DNA of 64,000 bases, taken from positions 2,648-66,647 of IMG/VR virus record IMGVR_UViG_3300035698_023018, one strand, 5' to 3'. Position 1 is the stretch's first letter; each line of letters opens with the position of its first letter. Below are positions 1 to 10,800 of the stretch, piece by piece. A program made the position numbers and the translations under genes. The notes under the pieces were generated by a model. The model had not been told where the DNA came from, ran no database searches, and saw only the letters and a program-made list of their open reading frames with translations. This DNA is from a virus.

Positions 1-376
1 CTGTCTTCTCACCCTTGTTTTCGTCTTTTCTAAAAAGACTCAACATTTCGAATGACTCTAGATCATCCCCTTGTAACTTAAATTTGTCCGCCAAATCAGG
101 GGTCGCTACTGCATCTGTTTGAGGTACATCATCTGCTATATGTTCTTTATCATCCATGAGAACGACATTAAGATGAATAGCACCATCTTCAAGGGTCACC
201 GATACAGATTTGCATTCCAGGGGATCATAATTGTCACCATTCCAATTCACCAACAGTTTTGTAGCACTCACAAGAGCTTCTCCTTTCGGGGGTTTGTCAA
301 ATACAATATGACTTGCACTTACACCGAACTTTACTTGTTCAGGATCTTTCAATAATGTAGAATATAAATCCACCAT
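1..376 (-). CDS. hypothetical protein, partial (runs off window start)
   Basis: Manually translated open frame from ATG at 376 (TAATG overlap with upstream stop) to position 1: MVDLYSTLLKDPEQVKFG...; not in the ORF track. Confidence 0.7.
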   Translation of the reverse strand, partial: MVDLYSTLLKDPEQVKFGVSASHIVFDKPPKGEALVSATKLLVNWNGDNYDPLECKSVSVTLEDGAIHLNVVLMDDKEHIADDVPQTDAVATPDLADKFKLQGDDLESFEMLSLFRKDENKGEKT

Positions 377-783
377 TAGTATCGAGGAACAAAAAATGTT
401 TCTAACAGTTGTACGTCCATTATATTCGAGAGAAAGAATGATTTAATGGTATCTGCATTAATGTCGTGCATCCACAGATATCCTGCCGGATGACTTCCTG
501 CACCGCCAATTTCATATGGTTCTCCCACATATAGTTTAATCTCACCACGTCTGTTCATATATTCAATCTGAATATGCTGACTATTTGCAATTGCAATAGG
601 AATCAACTCTAACGGACTACTTACCCCGACTTCTTCAGGAAGTATTTGCTCTTCGGGCGGGATAATTTCTTCAGCATTCCCTAATGCGTCTAATTTCCCT
701 ATCTCTTCAGGAGTAAGAGCAATATCCTCGCCTTCGGCAAAAGTTTCCTCAAAGAATGGTTCGTTGTATTCGTCTTCAGACAT
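376..783 (-). CDS. WYL-like domain protein with acidic N-terminus
   Basis: IQIEYMNRRGE...EPYEI...YLWMHD...IKSFFLSNIMDV matches the WYL-domain pattern. Confidence 0.6.
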   Translation of the reverse strand: MSEDEYNEPFFEETFAEGEDIALTPEEIGKLDALGNAEEIIPPEEQILPEEVGVSSPLELIPIAIANSQHIQIEYMNRRGEIKLYVGEPYEIGGAGSHPAGYLWMHDINADTIKSFFLSNIMDVQLLETFFVPRY

Positions 784-801
784 CTTATCTATAATACCCG
801 G

Positions 802-1497
802 TTATACGAAGTTTCGTGCTTTTCTACGTTTCCACGCATCCCGCAATTTTTGTTTATGTTCTATGGAATGACTAATACCTTTATTCCAAGGTACTTGGCC
901 TTTATTAGCTTTACTCATCTTTTGTAAAATTTCCGAAGAGGGTGTAATCCCTTTATTCCGGGGAATGCGCCCCTTCATCCCAGAAGATTTACCTTTTCGT
1001 ACATCACTTAACTTTTGGCAAGTTTCTTTAGATCTCTTCTTACCCTTATTAGCTTTACTTATTTTCTGGCGAGTTTCTATAGAAACTGTGTGGCCTTCCT
1101 TGATTTCCCGTAGTTTTCTTTTTGTACTTTCTGAATGTTGAAAACCTTTCAAAGCTTTACTTATTTTACGTTTAGATATAACGGAAAGTTTCCTACCACT
1201 ATTCCCCTCGCCTCCTTCTGTTAAATTACATAAAGTACCCATCTCCAAGTCTCTACGGCCATAATACTTAATCCAATACTTTTCTTGCCTAAAAACTTCT
1301 TCTTCAGAAAGATTTGTGTGGAGAAAAATAACTCCTACATTATCTACACCCACTTTACGGATTTTGTTCTTCAGTAGATTATTAGAAGTATTTCTATATA
1401 AATGTCTACCCACTTTATATCGGTCATTCTTTCCTTTCCCAATATAAAAAGGAATGCCCAATTTATCAGTATACATGTAAATATAGAATTTATTCAT
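802..1497 (-). CDS. GIY-YIG homing endonuclease with NUMOD3 repeats
   Basis: FYIYMY...FYIGKG..R, NLTEGGEG, repeated HS.E(T)K.K(I/L)S and PWNKG. Confidence 0.88.
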   Translation of the reverse strand: MNKFYIYMYTDKLGIPFYIGKGKNDRYKVGRHLYRNTSNNLLKNKIRKVGVDNVGVIFLHTNLSEEEVFRQEKYWIKYYGRRDLEMGTLCNLTEGGEGNSGRKLSVISKRKISKALKGFQHSESTKRKLREIKEGHTVSIETRQKISKANKGKKRSKETCQKLSDVRKGKSSGMKGRIPRNKGITPSSEILQKMSKANKGQVPWNKGISHSIEHKQKLRDAWKRRKARNFV

Positions 1498-1507
1498 AAT
1501 TCAATAG

Positions 1508-1972
1508 TTAAAATTGTAGCGCCGCCGTATATTGACATTTACGTGCTGCTTTATAAAAGCTTTTATTCCATAAACCTAAAAGTTTTGCTAGTCGCTTCGT
1601 CGCACGCCACGTACGTTGTTCATCAGCACGTTTCGCTTTCAAATTACTAGTATATCCATCAATATTCTCTGCGCGTTCTTCTTTCGTCATCTTTATTGCA
1701 TCAAGATAATGGCAATATTCATGTATGAGCATGCAAGTAATCTCGATCTTATTCTTCCTATTAAGTACGTAATCATGAGGTACATCCAGTTCAATATATG
1801 TAGACATACTTCTACGAGATAAAGCTGTTGAACCTCCGATTAAATCATCCTGGTTAATACGCAAAAATATCTTTGGACGTATTCGACATACTTTATTCAA
1901 GTGCTCGCTTAATTCTTCAACATAGTTCACTAATGTCCAATATAGACGATCTCGAATACTACCCACGACCAT
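1508..1972 (-). CDS. HExxH zinc-metallopeptidase-like protein (ImmA/IrrE-like)
   Basis: LIHEYCHY motif followed by a downstream E (DEQRTW). Confidence 0.5.
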   Translation of the reverse strand: MVVGSIRDRLYWTLVNYVEELSEHLNKVCRIRPKIFLRINQDDLIGGSTALSRRSMSTYIELDVPHDYVLNRKNKIEITCMLIHEYCHYLDAIKMTKEERAENIDGYTSNLKAKRADEQRTWRATKRLAKLLGLWNKSFYKAARKCQYTAALQF

Positions 1973-4900
1973 GTCTCCCTATACGATCACCAACTTGACG
2001 CATAGCTACTTGTACTGGACTACGTGCGTTACCGCCTTGAAATAGGCTTGGCATTTGTCTACCCTGTTGACCTTTACCTACGGTCTGATGCTTCACAGGC
2101 TTACCGGTTTGCTTCATGATATCTTTATATATTTGATGATCACCAGATTGATACAAACCATGGCGATATACCAAGTTTGCAAGAATATCTGCAAAGTCAT
2201 CAGTTTGTACCGGGCCACTATCGGCGTGACCGTATTTAACAATATTACCAGTAGTAGTCTTTGTCAAGTATTTCAACTCTAGTTTCATCTGCTCTATCCA
2301 TCCTTCCATGTATGGTGGAGCATTCTCAAAAGTAATTTCAGGCGGCTCACTGAAACAGTGTACCAAGCCTAAATTCAACTTCTCAAGAAAATTGGTATAC
2401 ATCATGTTCTTGTACTTATTCGTAAAGAAGGTTTCTAATGCAGTATAACCCGCGTTACGGAGTAATCTAATACTTTCCTGACTATTCCATTGGTCAAATA
2501 CGATTTCTAACAATACGCCTTGATAACTTAATCTAGCCGCTAACGCTCTGAGGAATTTTGATACCGCTCCGGCATCAACGGGTACTTGGATGACCTTACC
2601 CGTGACTTTATTATGGACCGCTTTCGGACGAAATCCGTGTAAACCATCAATCACCACAATGTCGCTTTCACAATGCCCCCAACCTACTGCATATGTATCA
2701 CTTGAAGAAGCAGGGTCAACGGAAATAATATATTGTCGTTGCCACATGCCTATATAAGTCATCTTCAACCCAGGCTTAACCATAAGATCGATCTTCTCGG
2801 AATCAATGAATGAAGTACTAGGTTCACCGAAATGCGCGCCATACTCCATGTTTGCGCCAATAGGATCCTTCTTAAAGTCACTATCAAATACTTTCCGCGG
2901 ATACTTTGGATTACATTCCCACGTGGCTAATTGCATAAATAGATAATTATCATTCTTTTCAATAATCCCACCAGTTTGTTCACAACCTCCAGCAAGACAA
3001 TAGTTCCGGTAGAATTCTCCGCCCTTTTCTCTGGGCGAACTGATCATAATGACCTTTCCATCAAAGATCATCTTATCCGCCATGATAAAGTCTTTGGTAG
3101 AAGGTGACAACGCTTTAAGCATAGCATAGTCAGTTTGGGGCATTTCTGCCAAGATATCTTCTTCAGTGGCGCCACCACCTACTGTTTTAGTACGCTCAAA
3201 GTGAGCAAACTCATCAAGAATCAAACATATAACAGCCTTACCACGTTTTGATGCAGCAGACGTAGTAAACGCCGCTACCATGATAGAGCCTTCTAACAAA
3301 TTCTTCTTCGTTATACCTTTTGTACGGGCATCATTATATTTTCGTATTTGAGCGTTCTCGTACAAATCGGCAGGAGTGAATAAACGTAATTCTTCAGAGT
3401 TATCCTTACTCCAATCTACATACTTTTCAAAGAACGGAATACGCCGAATATTATCCTTACATAATCTGAAAGGATCCTGCGCTTGAGATCCATCCTTGGC
3501 GCAATTATGTACAAAAATACCATCAGCAAAAAAATTATGAGTTTCTATAACTTCGATATCATAAGTTTTTTGAATACCTAATGCAGAAATTTCTCGAATG
3601 CGAGTCCACTTAAGCCCATCGCAAATTGGATGATTTTTAAATTCTTTATTAGTCCCATTTTTTGACATTGTAAACCGCCAAATTGGGCCTTCCCCGTAAT
3701 TCGTACGCATATAAAATGTTGTTACGTTCGAAACATTCCAGCCAACAGAAATGCATAAATCTCTTAAAGACCGGATTAATTCTTCATTTGATAAAGAAAT
3801 TGTAGTAATTCCATTCGTTCCTTGATGTCCATCACTATGAATTACTCCTTTTAAAAGAGCAATTTTTAAAACATCCTGTAACCCGAAAACCCATGAAGGT
3901 AATTTTTTAGTTTTAGCTCCCTTATCAAAGCCCCATTGTAAAATATTATTACACGCAACTGTAGAATGTACACGGTAAAAATAATTATGGGTGCCAACAC
4001 CTATAAAATTAGGATCTTGAAATTTTACTGGCGAAAACCATGCGATTTTTGCTTGATCCATATATTTCTGCTTTTCGGTATCCGTATCTGGAAGGGCAAT
4101 AGTTAACACCCCACTTGTAGGATTTTCAGCCCTCCCGCAGAAACAAATACTCCCATCGCCTAAATATAGTCCTAATTGTTCCATAATTTCTAAAGTTGCT
4201 GGTGCGCCATTAGGGAGAGTACTCCCAGATTGTTCAGGAACATCAGTTAAAATCCCAATATAATCACCTACACATAACTCAGATGCCTCAACCCATTCAG
4301 GTTTGCGAGGATTTGCAGGATTGACGCCTTTAGAAAGTCTATAAAATCTATGTTTCCAACTAGACTCAATTGTACGATTGCCTGTTTTAATTTCAAGGAT
4401 TTCTTTTTCCCCTGATTCCCAAATATGCTTAATTGTAGAAGTTTGAAGACCTTTCTCTCCTTTAGAAAGAATAGAGTTGCCCGATTCCAATTCACATATT
4501 CTTTTAGTGTTTCCAGCAGGTAAAGTTACTCGAGAATTCGCCGATAAACAGTTAACAATCCAAATTGGATGCCGTCTACGAATATTGTAATAGGCTTGAG
4601 GATCACCCTTACATATAAGTCGATACGCTTCGTATGTCTGAATGAAGGAAATAAGTGAGGATTTTCCGCTTCGACGACCAAGAACAAGAATAAGAATCTC
4701 AACAAATTTTGCAGGATCACGTTTCGTTAGTTCCCAATCAATTTGCCATACATTCTTCATAATATCTAGAACAGTTTGTTCTTCTTCAGAGACGGGATAC
4801 TTTTCCCACAGACCATAGATCACTTTGATTAAAAGCGACTGGAATGGGAATAGCCGTTCACCTAAATATTTAGAGGAAGTACAGAAAATATACGCGTCGA

Positions 4901-4979
4901 CTTCCTTGATCGGTGCCGTTGCCTTTACCCTGGAGGTATATTGAGTATCAACTACTTTTTTGAAACTAAAGTCGCTCAA
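1959..4979 (-). CDS. terL: terminase large subunit, intein-containing
   Basis: Walker A GRRSGKS, Walker B LILDEFAH, ISSP coupling motif, C-terminal RNase H-like nuclease (SVDPASSSD, FDQWNS, DDFAD). Confidence 0.88.
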   Translation of the reverse strand: MSDFSFKKVVDTQYTSRVKATAPIKEVDAYIFCTSSKYLGERLFPFQSLLIKVIYGLWEKYPVSEEEQTVLDIMKNVWQIDWELTKRDPAKFVEILILVLGRRSGKSSLISFIQTYEAYRLICKGDPQAYYNIRRRHPIWIVNCLSANSRVTLPAGNTKRICELESGNSILSKGEKGLQTSTIKHIWESGEKEILEIKTGNRTIESSWKHRFYRLSKGVNPANPRKPEWVEASELCVGDYIGILTDVPEQSGSTLPNGAPATLEIMEQLGLYLGDGSICFCGRAENPTSGVLTIALPDTDTEKQKYMDQAKIAWFSPVKFQDPNFIGVGTHNYFYRVHSTVACNNILQWGFDKGAKTKKLPSWVFGLQDVLKIALLKGVIHSDGHQGTNGITTISLSNEELIRSLRDLCISVGWNVSNVTTFYMRTNYGEGPIWRFTMSKNGTNKEFKNHPICDGLKWTRIREISALGIQKTYDIEVIETHNFFADGIFVHNCAKDGSQAQDPFRLCKDNIRRIPFFEKYVDWSKDNSEELRLFTPADLYENAQIRKYNDARTKGITKKNLLEGSIMVAAFTTSAASKRGKAVICLILDEFAHFERTKTVGGGATEEDILAEMPQTDYAMLKALSPSTKDFIMADKMIFDGKVIMISSPREKGGEFYRNYCLAGGCEQTGGIIEKNDNYLFMQLATWECNPKYPRKVFDSDFKKDPIGANMEYGAHFGEPSTSFIDSEKIDLMVKPGLKMTYIGMWQRQYIISVDPASSSDTYAVGWGHCESDIVVIDGLHGFRPKAVHNKVTGKVIQVPVDAGAVSKFLRALAARLSYQGVLLEIVFDQWNSQESIRLLRNAGYTALETFFTNKYKNMMYTNFLEKLNLGLVHCFSEPPEITFENAPPYMEGWIEQMKLELKYLTKTTTGNIVKYGHADSGPVQTDDFADILANLVYRHGLYQSGDHQIYKDIMKQTGKPVKHQTVGKGQQGRQMPSLFQGGNARSPVQVAMRQVGDRIGRHGRG
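3504..4550 (-). mobile_element. intein (349 aa) with LAGLIDADG endonuclease in TerL
   Basis: N-junction IVN|CLSANS, C-junction YDIEV..THNFFADGIFVHN|C; LAGLIDADG-like LGLYLGDG and LLKGVIHSDG. Confidence 0.92.
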
Positions 4980-7079
4980 TTACACTTCGCCCTCAAAGAA
5001 AATAGCGGTTTTGATAGCATTGTACAAAGCTTGCCGCATATTCGCACTTTCTTGTAACACTGGATTCGTTGATTGGTTTAAGTATGCAGTGAAACCTTCA
5101 TCTAATAACTGATTGACTAAAGTAGAAGCATCACTGAAGCGAATTTTGTCCGCATCCTCTTGAATCACATTTGCGCCATCTGGACCAGTAACACCTTGTT
5201 CGTATAAACCACTCCATATATAATTAATTATAAATGATTCCGCCGTCTTATATACTTCCGAAGCCTGGGATTCACCATAAGTTTCATCGGGAAATTCTAC
5301 GCCCCCAATATTGAGCGCAGTCTTTTTCATGTTCAACTTACGTCCACTATACATAAATTCTCTAGACCATTTCTGAGGCAATTCTGAATTGTTACTTAAC
5401 CATGTTAACCATTTTTCACTATCCGCGCCAAGGATATAATCTGTAGTAAAGCCTGAAAAATGTACAGAGTTCAATATCTTATGAAACGCCTGAATTTTTA
5501 TATCTATATCTGGCGTAGATATCCCCTCTGGTATTAAAGTGTCATACAATACAATAGCTGCCCCTCCGGGCTTATCAGGAAGGTCAAATCCTACTCCACT
5601 AGTTTCTGTAATATCCTGAATTTGTGTAAGTAATTTTTCGAGAAGAAGGGTTAATTCATTTTCAATTTCAATACCCTTTTCAGGTTGTTGGTACTGTTGC
5701 GATAACCATCGTTTATATTCCAATTCATATACTTTAAGTATCTCCATTGGATCAACGCGCGGGGCGGCCCCCATATCACTTGTATATTCTCTATACTTTT
5801 GAGCACTTTCGTAAAACTTGTCAATTTTATCCGGGTTATCTATAAACTCTTCTAAATTTTCGGTATATTCCGTTCCAGTTTCATCACGCCAAAAGTTTAA
5901 GGTAGATTCATCCACTATAGGCGCAGGAAATTTATACGAGATCTTTCGCATGTTCAACTTACGTGCGTTAGATATCCCAGGTGGTGGGCCTTCGGGACCC
6001 CAAGGAGAACCTTCTGCTTGAGTATCAATAGGAGGCTCTTTCGGAGTATTAATAGGCACAACTGCAATATGATAATGCTGCGGTTCGTTTACTCCTTCAG
6101 GTTGGAAATTTACTACAGCCTCGGCCCCGTCAACCGTATAGTTGGCGGATATTCTCTCAAGACCTTCAGTTATTTTCTGAAGTAAATCCGTAGTAAAAGT
6201 TGCAGCATGTTTTCGCATATTCAATTTAGACATGCCATAAAGATCAAACTCCTCTGTACTTTCTGGCATAACGGGACGTTCAATACCTCCCCCGTCACCG
6301 GTCGTAAGAAGTCCTTGTCTATGTGCTTCATGAATCAACTCAAGCATACCTATAGGATCAGGTGGATTAAGGCGCTCAAGAAGTTCTTCTAGAGTTAGTG
6401 CCACATTATCCGCCCCAAATATACTGAGTAATTGATACATTTCCGGGGATCCTTCCCCTGCACCCTGTATAAAGTCAAACCCTTTCGGGGTTAAAGATGT
6501 TGCGGCCCTCTTTTTCATATTCAATTTACTCGCAAGGCCATCTGGCATATTTTCAGGTAAGTCGAGGGGTGGTTGAGTTATTTCCCCCTCAAAAGGATCC
6601 CCCTGGACAACTTCAATAAGACCGTCACGTAGTGCCTGATCATATTTATCGTGTAACATGAGCCTTTCTTGATCATATTGCGCATCAGTTTCATATTCTC
6701 CCTCGCTCATTACATGATCCACGAAACTTTCAGGAGTGTTTGTTCTATATTGATTTAATATGACTGAGGGTTGATTCATACTAGAAAATTCAGTATAACG
6801 CTCTTCGAGATACTTTACCGTAGATAATAAGAGATACATGGGCTCATCAAATTTTAAATAATCAGCGAGTTCATATGAAGGAGAATTAACTATATCACCC
6901 GTAGAAAGATCTTGTTCCTGCACAAAATGTGCTATATTACTGCGGACCCATTTATTCCATTCATCATAAAGGTATAGACCCTTTGCAGTCAACTTAACAT
7001 ACGACGATTGTTCTTGCGCATCTTCCGCGAGCTTCTTCATGTTCAAATGACTCACCATTTTACGAAGATTTAGGGACAT
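4980..7079 (-). CDS. acidic modular protein with five LNM[KR]K repeats (putative processed virion/head protein)
   Basis: 699-aa ORF between putative terS and terL; motif at aa 12, 186, 286, 375, 582; function inferred. Confidence 0.55.
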   Translation of the reverse strand: MSLNLRKMVSHLNMKKLAEDAQEQSSYVKLTAKGLYLYDEWNKWVRSNIAHFVQEQDLSTGDIVNSPSYELADYLKFDEPMYLLLSTVKYLEERYTEFSSMNQPSVILNQYRTNTPESFVDHVMSEGEYETDAQYDQERLMLHDKYDQALRDGLIEVVQGDPFEGEITQPPLDLPENMPDGLASKLNMKKRAATSLTPKGFDFIQGAGEGSPEMYQLLSIFGADNVALTLEELLERLNPPDPIGMLELIHEAHRQGLLTTGDGGGIERPVMPESTEEFDLYGMSKLNMRKHAATFTTDLLQKITEGLERISANYTVDGAEAVVNFQPEGVNEPQHYHIAVVPINTPKEPPIDTQAEGSPWGPEGPPPGISNARKLNMRKISYKFPAPIVDESTLNFWRDETGTEYTENLEEFIDNPDKIDKFYESAQKYREYTSDMGAAPRVDPMEILKVYELEYKRWLSQQYQQPEKGIEIENELTLLLEKLLTQIQDITETSGVGFDLPDKPGGAAIVLYDTLIPEGISTPDIDIKIQAFHKILNSVHFSGFTTDYILGADSEKWLTWLSNNSELPQKWSREFMYSGRKLNMKKTALNIGGVEFPDETYGESQASEVYKTAESFIINYIWSGLYEQGVTGPDGANVIQEDADKIRFSDASTLVNQLLDEGFTAYLNQSTNPVLQESANMRQALYNAIKTAIFFEGEV

Positions 7080-7860
7080 TTCCTACTTCCTCATACTCAG
7101 CATCTACTGCTTTCACAGGATCAAGTACCGGTGCAATTTCAGCATCAAGTAAATCACCTAATTGCTCCTTTACTCTTTCACGTGTCAAGTTATCGGGAAT
7201 TTCTTTAACCAGTACGTCCATAAATTTCGCAGTGAATGTGAGGAATGAACGTTTTAGGCTCTCAATATACTGAATACTTACCTGTTTCACATATAGATCA
7301 GCATCTACTTGAATGTGTTTCAACAAATCTTGCTGAAATCCCCTATATGCTATCTCTAAATCACTAATCAACTTTCTACGAACAGCTAAATCGGCCTCAT
7401 CTAATATGCCACCATCCATCACCTCACGAGCATTATACCTTTCGATTTCAGACTGTAAATGGAACAGATTTTGTAGTCTCTGCTTATACAACGTATCTGC
7501 AGCAGACATCTTATCAAAATCTTTGTCAAACTCTTTTTTATAGAGCGCCTTAGTTACAGTATTATAATCATCTTCAGGTATAGCAGCTAAGACAACATCT
7601 CTGCCTGCATTAACCGCAGCAGCCGGAGAAACATGCTGCTTATGTGAATGTATATTAGTAGGTGTCAGTGGTGGTTCAAATAAATGTCCCCAGTTCGCAA
7701 TGATCTGAGAACTCGTCATCTTTTTAAAAATGGCTTGAGTAATCTCATTCCTTGCCGTAGACTTACAAATTTTGCAAGTCGCAGATACGACCATCTTACC
7801 ATCTTTCATCAAATCTACATTTGACGGTCTTCCCACTTTTCTACTAGTATCCGTGGACAT
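7060..7860 (-). CDS. putative terminase small subunit (Zn-binding HTH plus helical domain)
   Basis: CKIC..AR.EI..AI....SS.I.....T..NIHSHKQH pattern, basic GRPS N-terminus, upstream of terL. Confidence 0.45.
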   Translation of the reverse strand: MSTDTSRKVGRPSNVDLMKDGKMVVSATCKICKSTARNEITQAIFKKMTSSQIIANWGHLFEPPLTPTNIHSHKQHVSPAAAVNAGRDVVLAAIPEDDYNTVTKALYKKEFDKDFDKMSAADTLYKQRLQNLFHLQSEIERYNAREVMDGGILDEADLAVRRKLISDLEIAYRGFQQDLLKHIQVDADLYVKQVSIQYIESLKRSFLTFTAKFMDVLVKEIPDNLTRERVKEQLGDLLDAEIAPVLDPVKAVDAEYEEVGNVPKSS

Positions 7861-7881
7861 TCACGTACTCCTTATCTTTAC

Positions 7882-10800
7882 TTATGCCGCGAGCGCAAAA
7901 TTCAGCTCTTGTACATCATCTAACAATCCCGCAATGGTATTGTATGCATTCTGATACAAGCTTGCCAGGTATTGATCATCTCCATCAACTGCGGATGTTT
8001 TTGCTGGCCACTGTCTATATTTACCGACAGTTACTTGGCTAATTTCATCTAAGTTCTTCTGTGCTTCAGCAATAGCTTGCGCGGCTTTAGGACCAAACCT
8101 TTCTAAGAGGATTTTTACCTGTGCAGAAGGAGTCAACTTACCACTTTTAACTGCCTCTGCGTAATATCCTATTTGATCATCTGCCTGAATAAGCCTCTGA
8201 TCCAATTCAGCCATCAATGCAGCAAGCGCTTTCGTTGCACGTAACTGATTTTGGCCTTCTTCACCGATTTGTGTCGTAATCGGAGCGAGCTTTTCTTGAA
8301 GTTCAAGTTGTGCTTGCTGTACCTGTGAACGTAACTGATCTACAGTAGCTTTACTCGCGGCAAGGCCTTGCATCAATTCTGCTTGATCAGGAGTAGCTTC
8401 TACAGGTTCACCTTCAGGAACTTGGGGCGACTTACGTGATAAAAAAGATGGGGGTTCAATGCGCACCGTAGGGTCCACAGCTTCACCCTCATCCGGAACC
8501 GTAAGGTCCTCCGATTTACTCCATGGCCAATCGATTGCCGTCTTCGTCAAATTCAACTTAGCCGTCCGTTGCAACTCACGTTGATTACGTACTTCATCCA
8601 TCTTTGCCTGTTGTATAGCATTACAAGCACTACACATACCATGTGACTGAACAGTTGCGTATTCTTCAGGAGTTAACTGCCTAATAGGCTTACCAGTAAC
8701 ATCGTCATACACACTTTGACACCACGCGCACACACTATCCATACCTTCAGGATTCATTCCCATGGCTTTACGATCTTGGCGTGCATTAGATTGCAAAGAT
8801 GCAAACAATGAATCAGTATCAGTCACTTCATCTTGATTCATCTCAGCCTTTGCCTCTTCTTCCATCTTACGCAAGCGTGTATAGTAATCAGGAATTTCTT
8901 TCAGATGATCTTTAGCAATCTCTTCGGCTAATTCCTTATCAACAGTGTGCTCCTTTTCAATTTCAACGCCCATAGAAAGTTCTTCGGGATCAAAATCTGA
9001 TAATGGATCACCATCAGCTAATCCCCCAGGCAACTTATCTTCGGTTTCGGTAGCTTCCTCTTTAACAGGGGAAGGTGTACCCGCCCCCTCAGCTTTTCCC
9101 TCGGCGCCCCTTGATGGGGAAGTAATGATTTCCTTCTCTAATGGCATTTGTTTGAAAAGATCACTAAGTTTCTCTTCAGCCTGCTTCCGAATAATCTGAG
9201 GATCAACAGCAGCATGAGCGGTAGGGAAGAAAGTATCACGATCAACTTTAAATGTATCGATTAAAGACTGTAATTCCTCAAGAGAGTATATGCCATCTTT
9301 CAGTTTTTGCATATCAACTTTCGTAGGCGGAATATTGCCTGCTCTCAAATAATCCTGTACCATGCCTTTTAGACGACTGTAATTAATAGGATTCTGACCT
9401 ACTTCTTTACTATCTAAATCAATCCCGGTTGATTCAGCCTCTTTTTGCATCGCATCAACTTCCGCATTCTTACCCTTAAACATGGTTGAATACTCACGCT
9501 CTTCCATCGGTAGAATACCACCATCAGTCTCGTTATACTTCATGTCGAATTCAGCTTCAAACTCATCAGTCGTCGCAATACTCTCGCCCGAATCCGGATC
9601 AACGATCGGTACGTAAGTATCTTTGTCTCTGAGAGCGTGCTTAACCTGACTTTCAGTAAGCGCAACAACTGCAATTGCCTGTGCCTTATTCGATGCAGTA
9701 CTTATATCACAACCACTATCAAGAGCAGTGTTATACTCGGCTACATACGAACTAATCCACTGAGTAGCTTGATCAGCTGTCATATTATCGAAGTTAAACT
9801 CAGCACGAACCATTTCAGCAGTTTTATGTAAACGCGGAATCATATCAGCTTCAGCTTGCTTAATTAATTCAGCGGCTTTATCTGCAAACATCGTTGCTTG
9901 AGGAACATCCCCTACAAGAAGTGAGCCCGCTTGGTCATATTCGGCTTGCGTAAGTAATCGTTGTCCACGAGTCGCTTGACGTACTTCTTCGTACGCTTCA
10001 GGAAACGCTAATCCCGCCTCAATGGCTTGAAAAAGAGTATCGTCACCAAACATCTCCATCATAGCGGCAGATTTCATATTCAAATTGCCGCTAGTAACAC
10101 CGAGATCGGCTGTGAAACTTCCTGCATTAGTCGGTGTGACTAATGGAGGGTTAGTGCCAGTTCCAGTATCAGTAGTAGCCGCATTAGGTTGTTGCTTAAC
10201 TACCTGCTTCACTTGTTCAATAGCAGCCGGATCAGTTACGCCCATTCCTTCAATCGCAGCATTTAGTTGAGTATCATCAACTGCGGTCTTATTCATCTTC
10301 TTATTAGCTGCAGAAATTTCGCGGAATCGCGTAGGATCTGGATAGCGATAAGTCAATGAAGGAATCTTATGATCAGGCATTGCAGCATCATACAACTTAC
10401 CGGAAGTAAGATCCTCAATAGCATGAACCGTTAAAGGATACTCTGTTCCTGAAAGAGTTCGGAATGTACGCGGATAAATAAGTTTACCGTCAATATCTAC
10501 GCCGGCTTGGATGATTATCCGATTTCGGGTATTGTTATAATCCATGAATTCAACAGTAAATTCCGCACCTTTAGCACTTCTCGGCTGGCCGGGAAATTTT
10601 TGCGCACGAATACCCCGTTGAAACTTCAACTGCGGATTATCAATACCGAATTGCTGAATATACTCACCGGTTTGTTGAACAATTCTACCATAGATAGCTT
10701 TGTCAACCCAAGTATCGATACCTCTATTAGGTGCCCGGTTAATATCGACAAACCTTTCAGAGCGGTTAACGATATGTGTGAGATCTTTAACAACTGCAGT

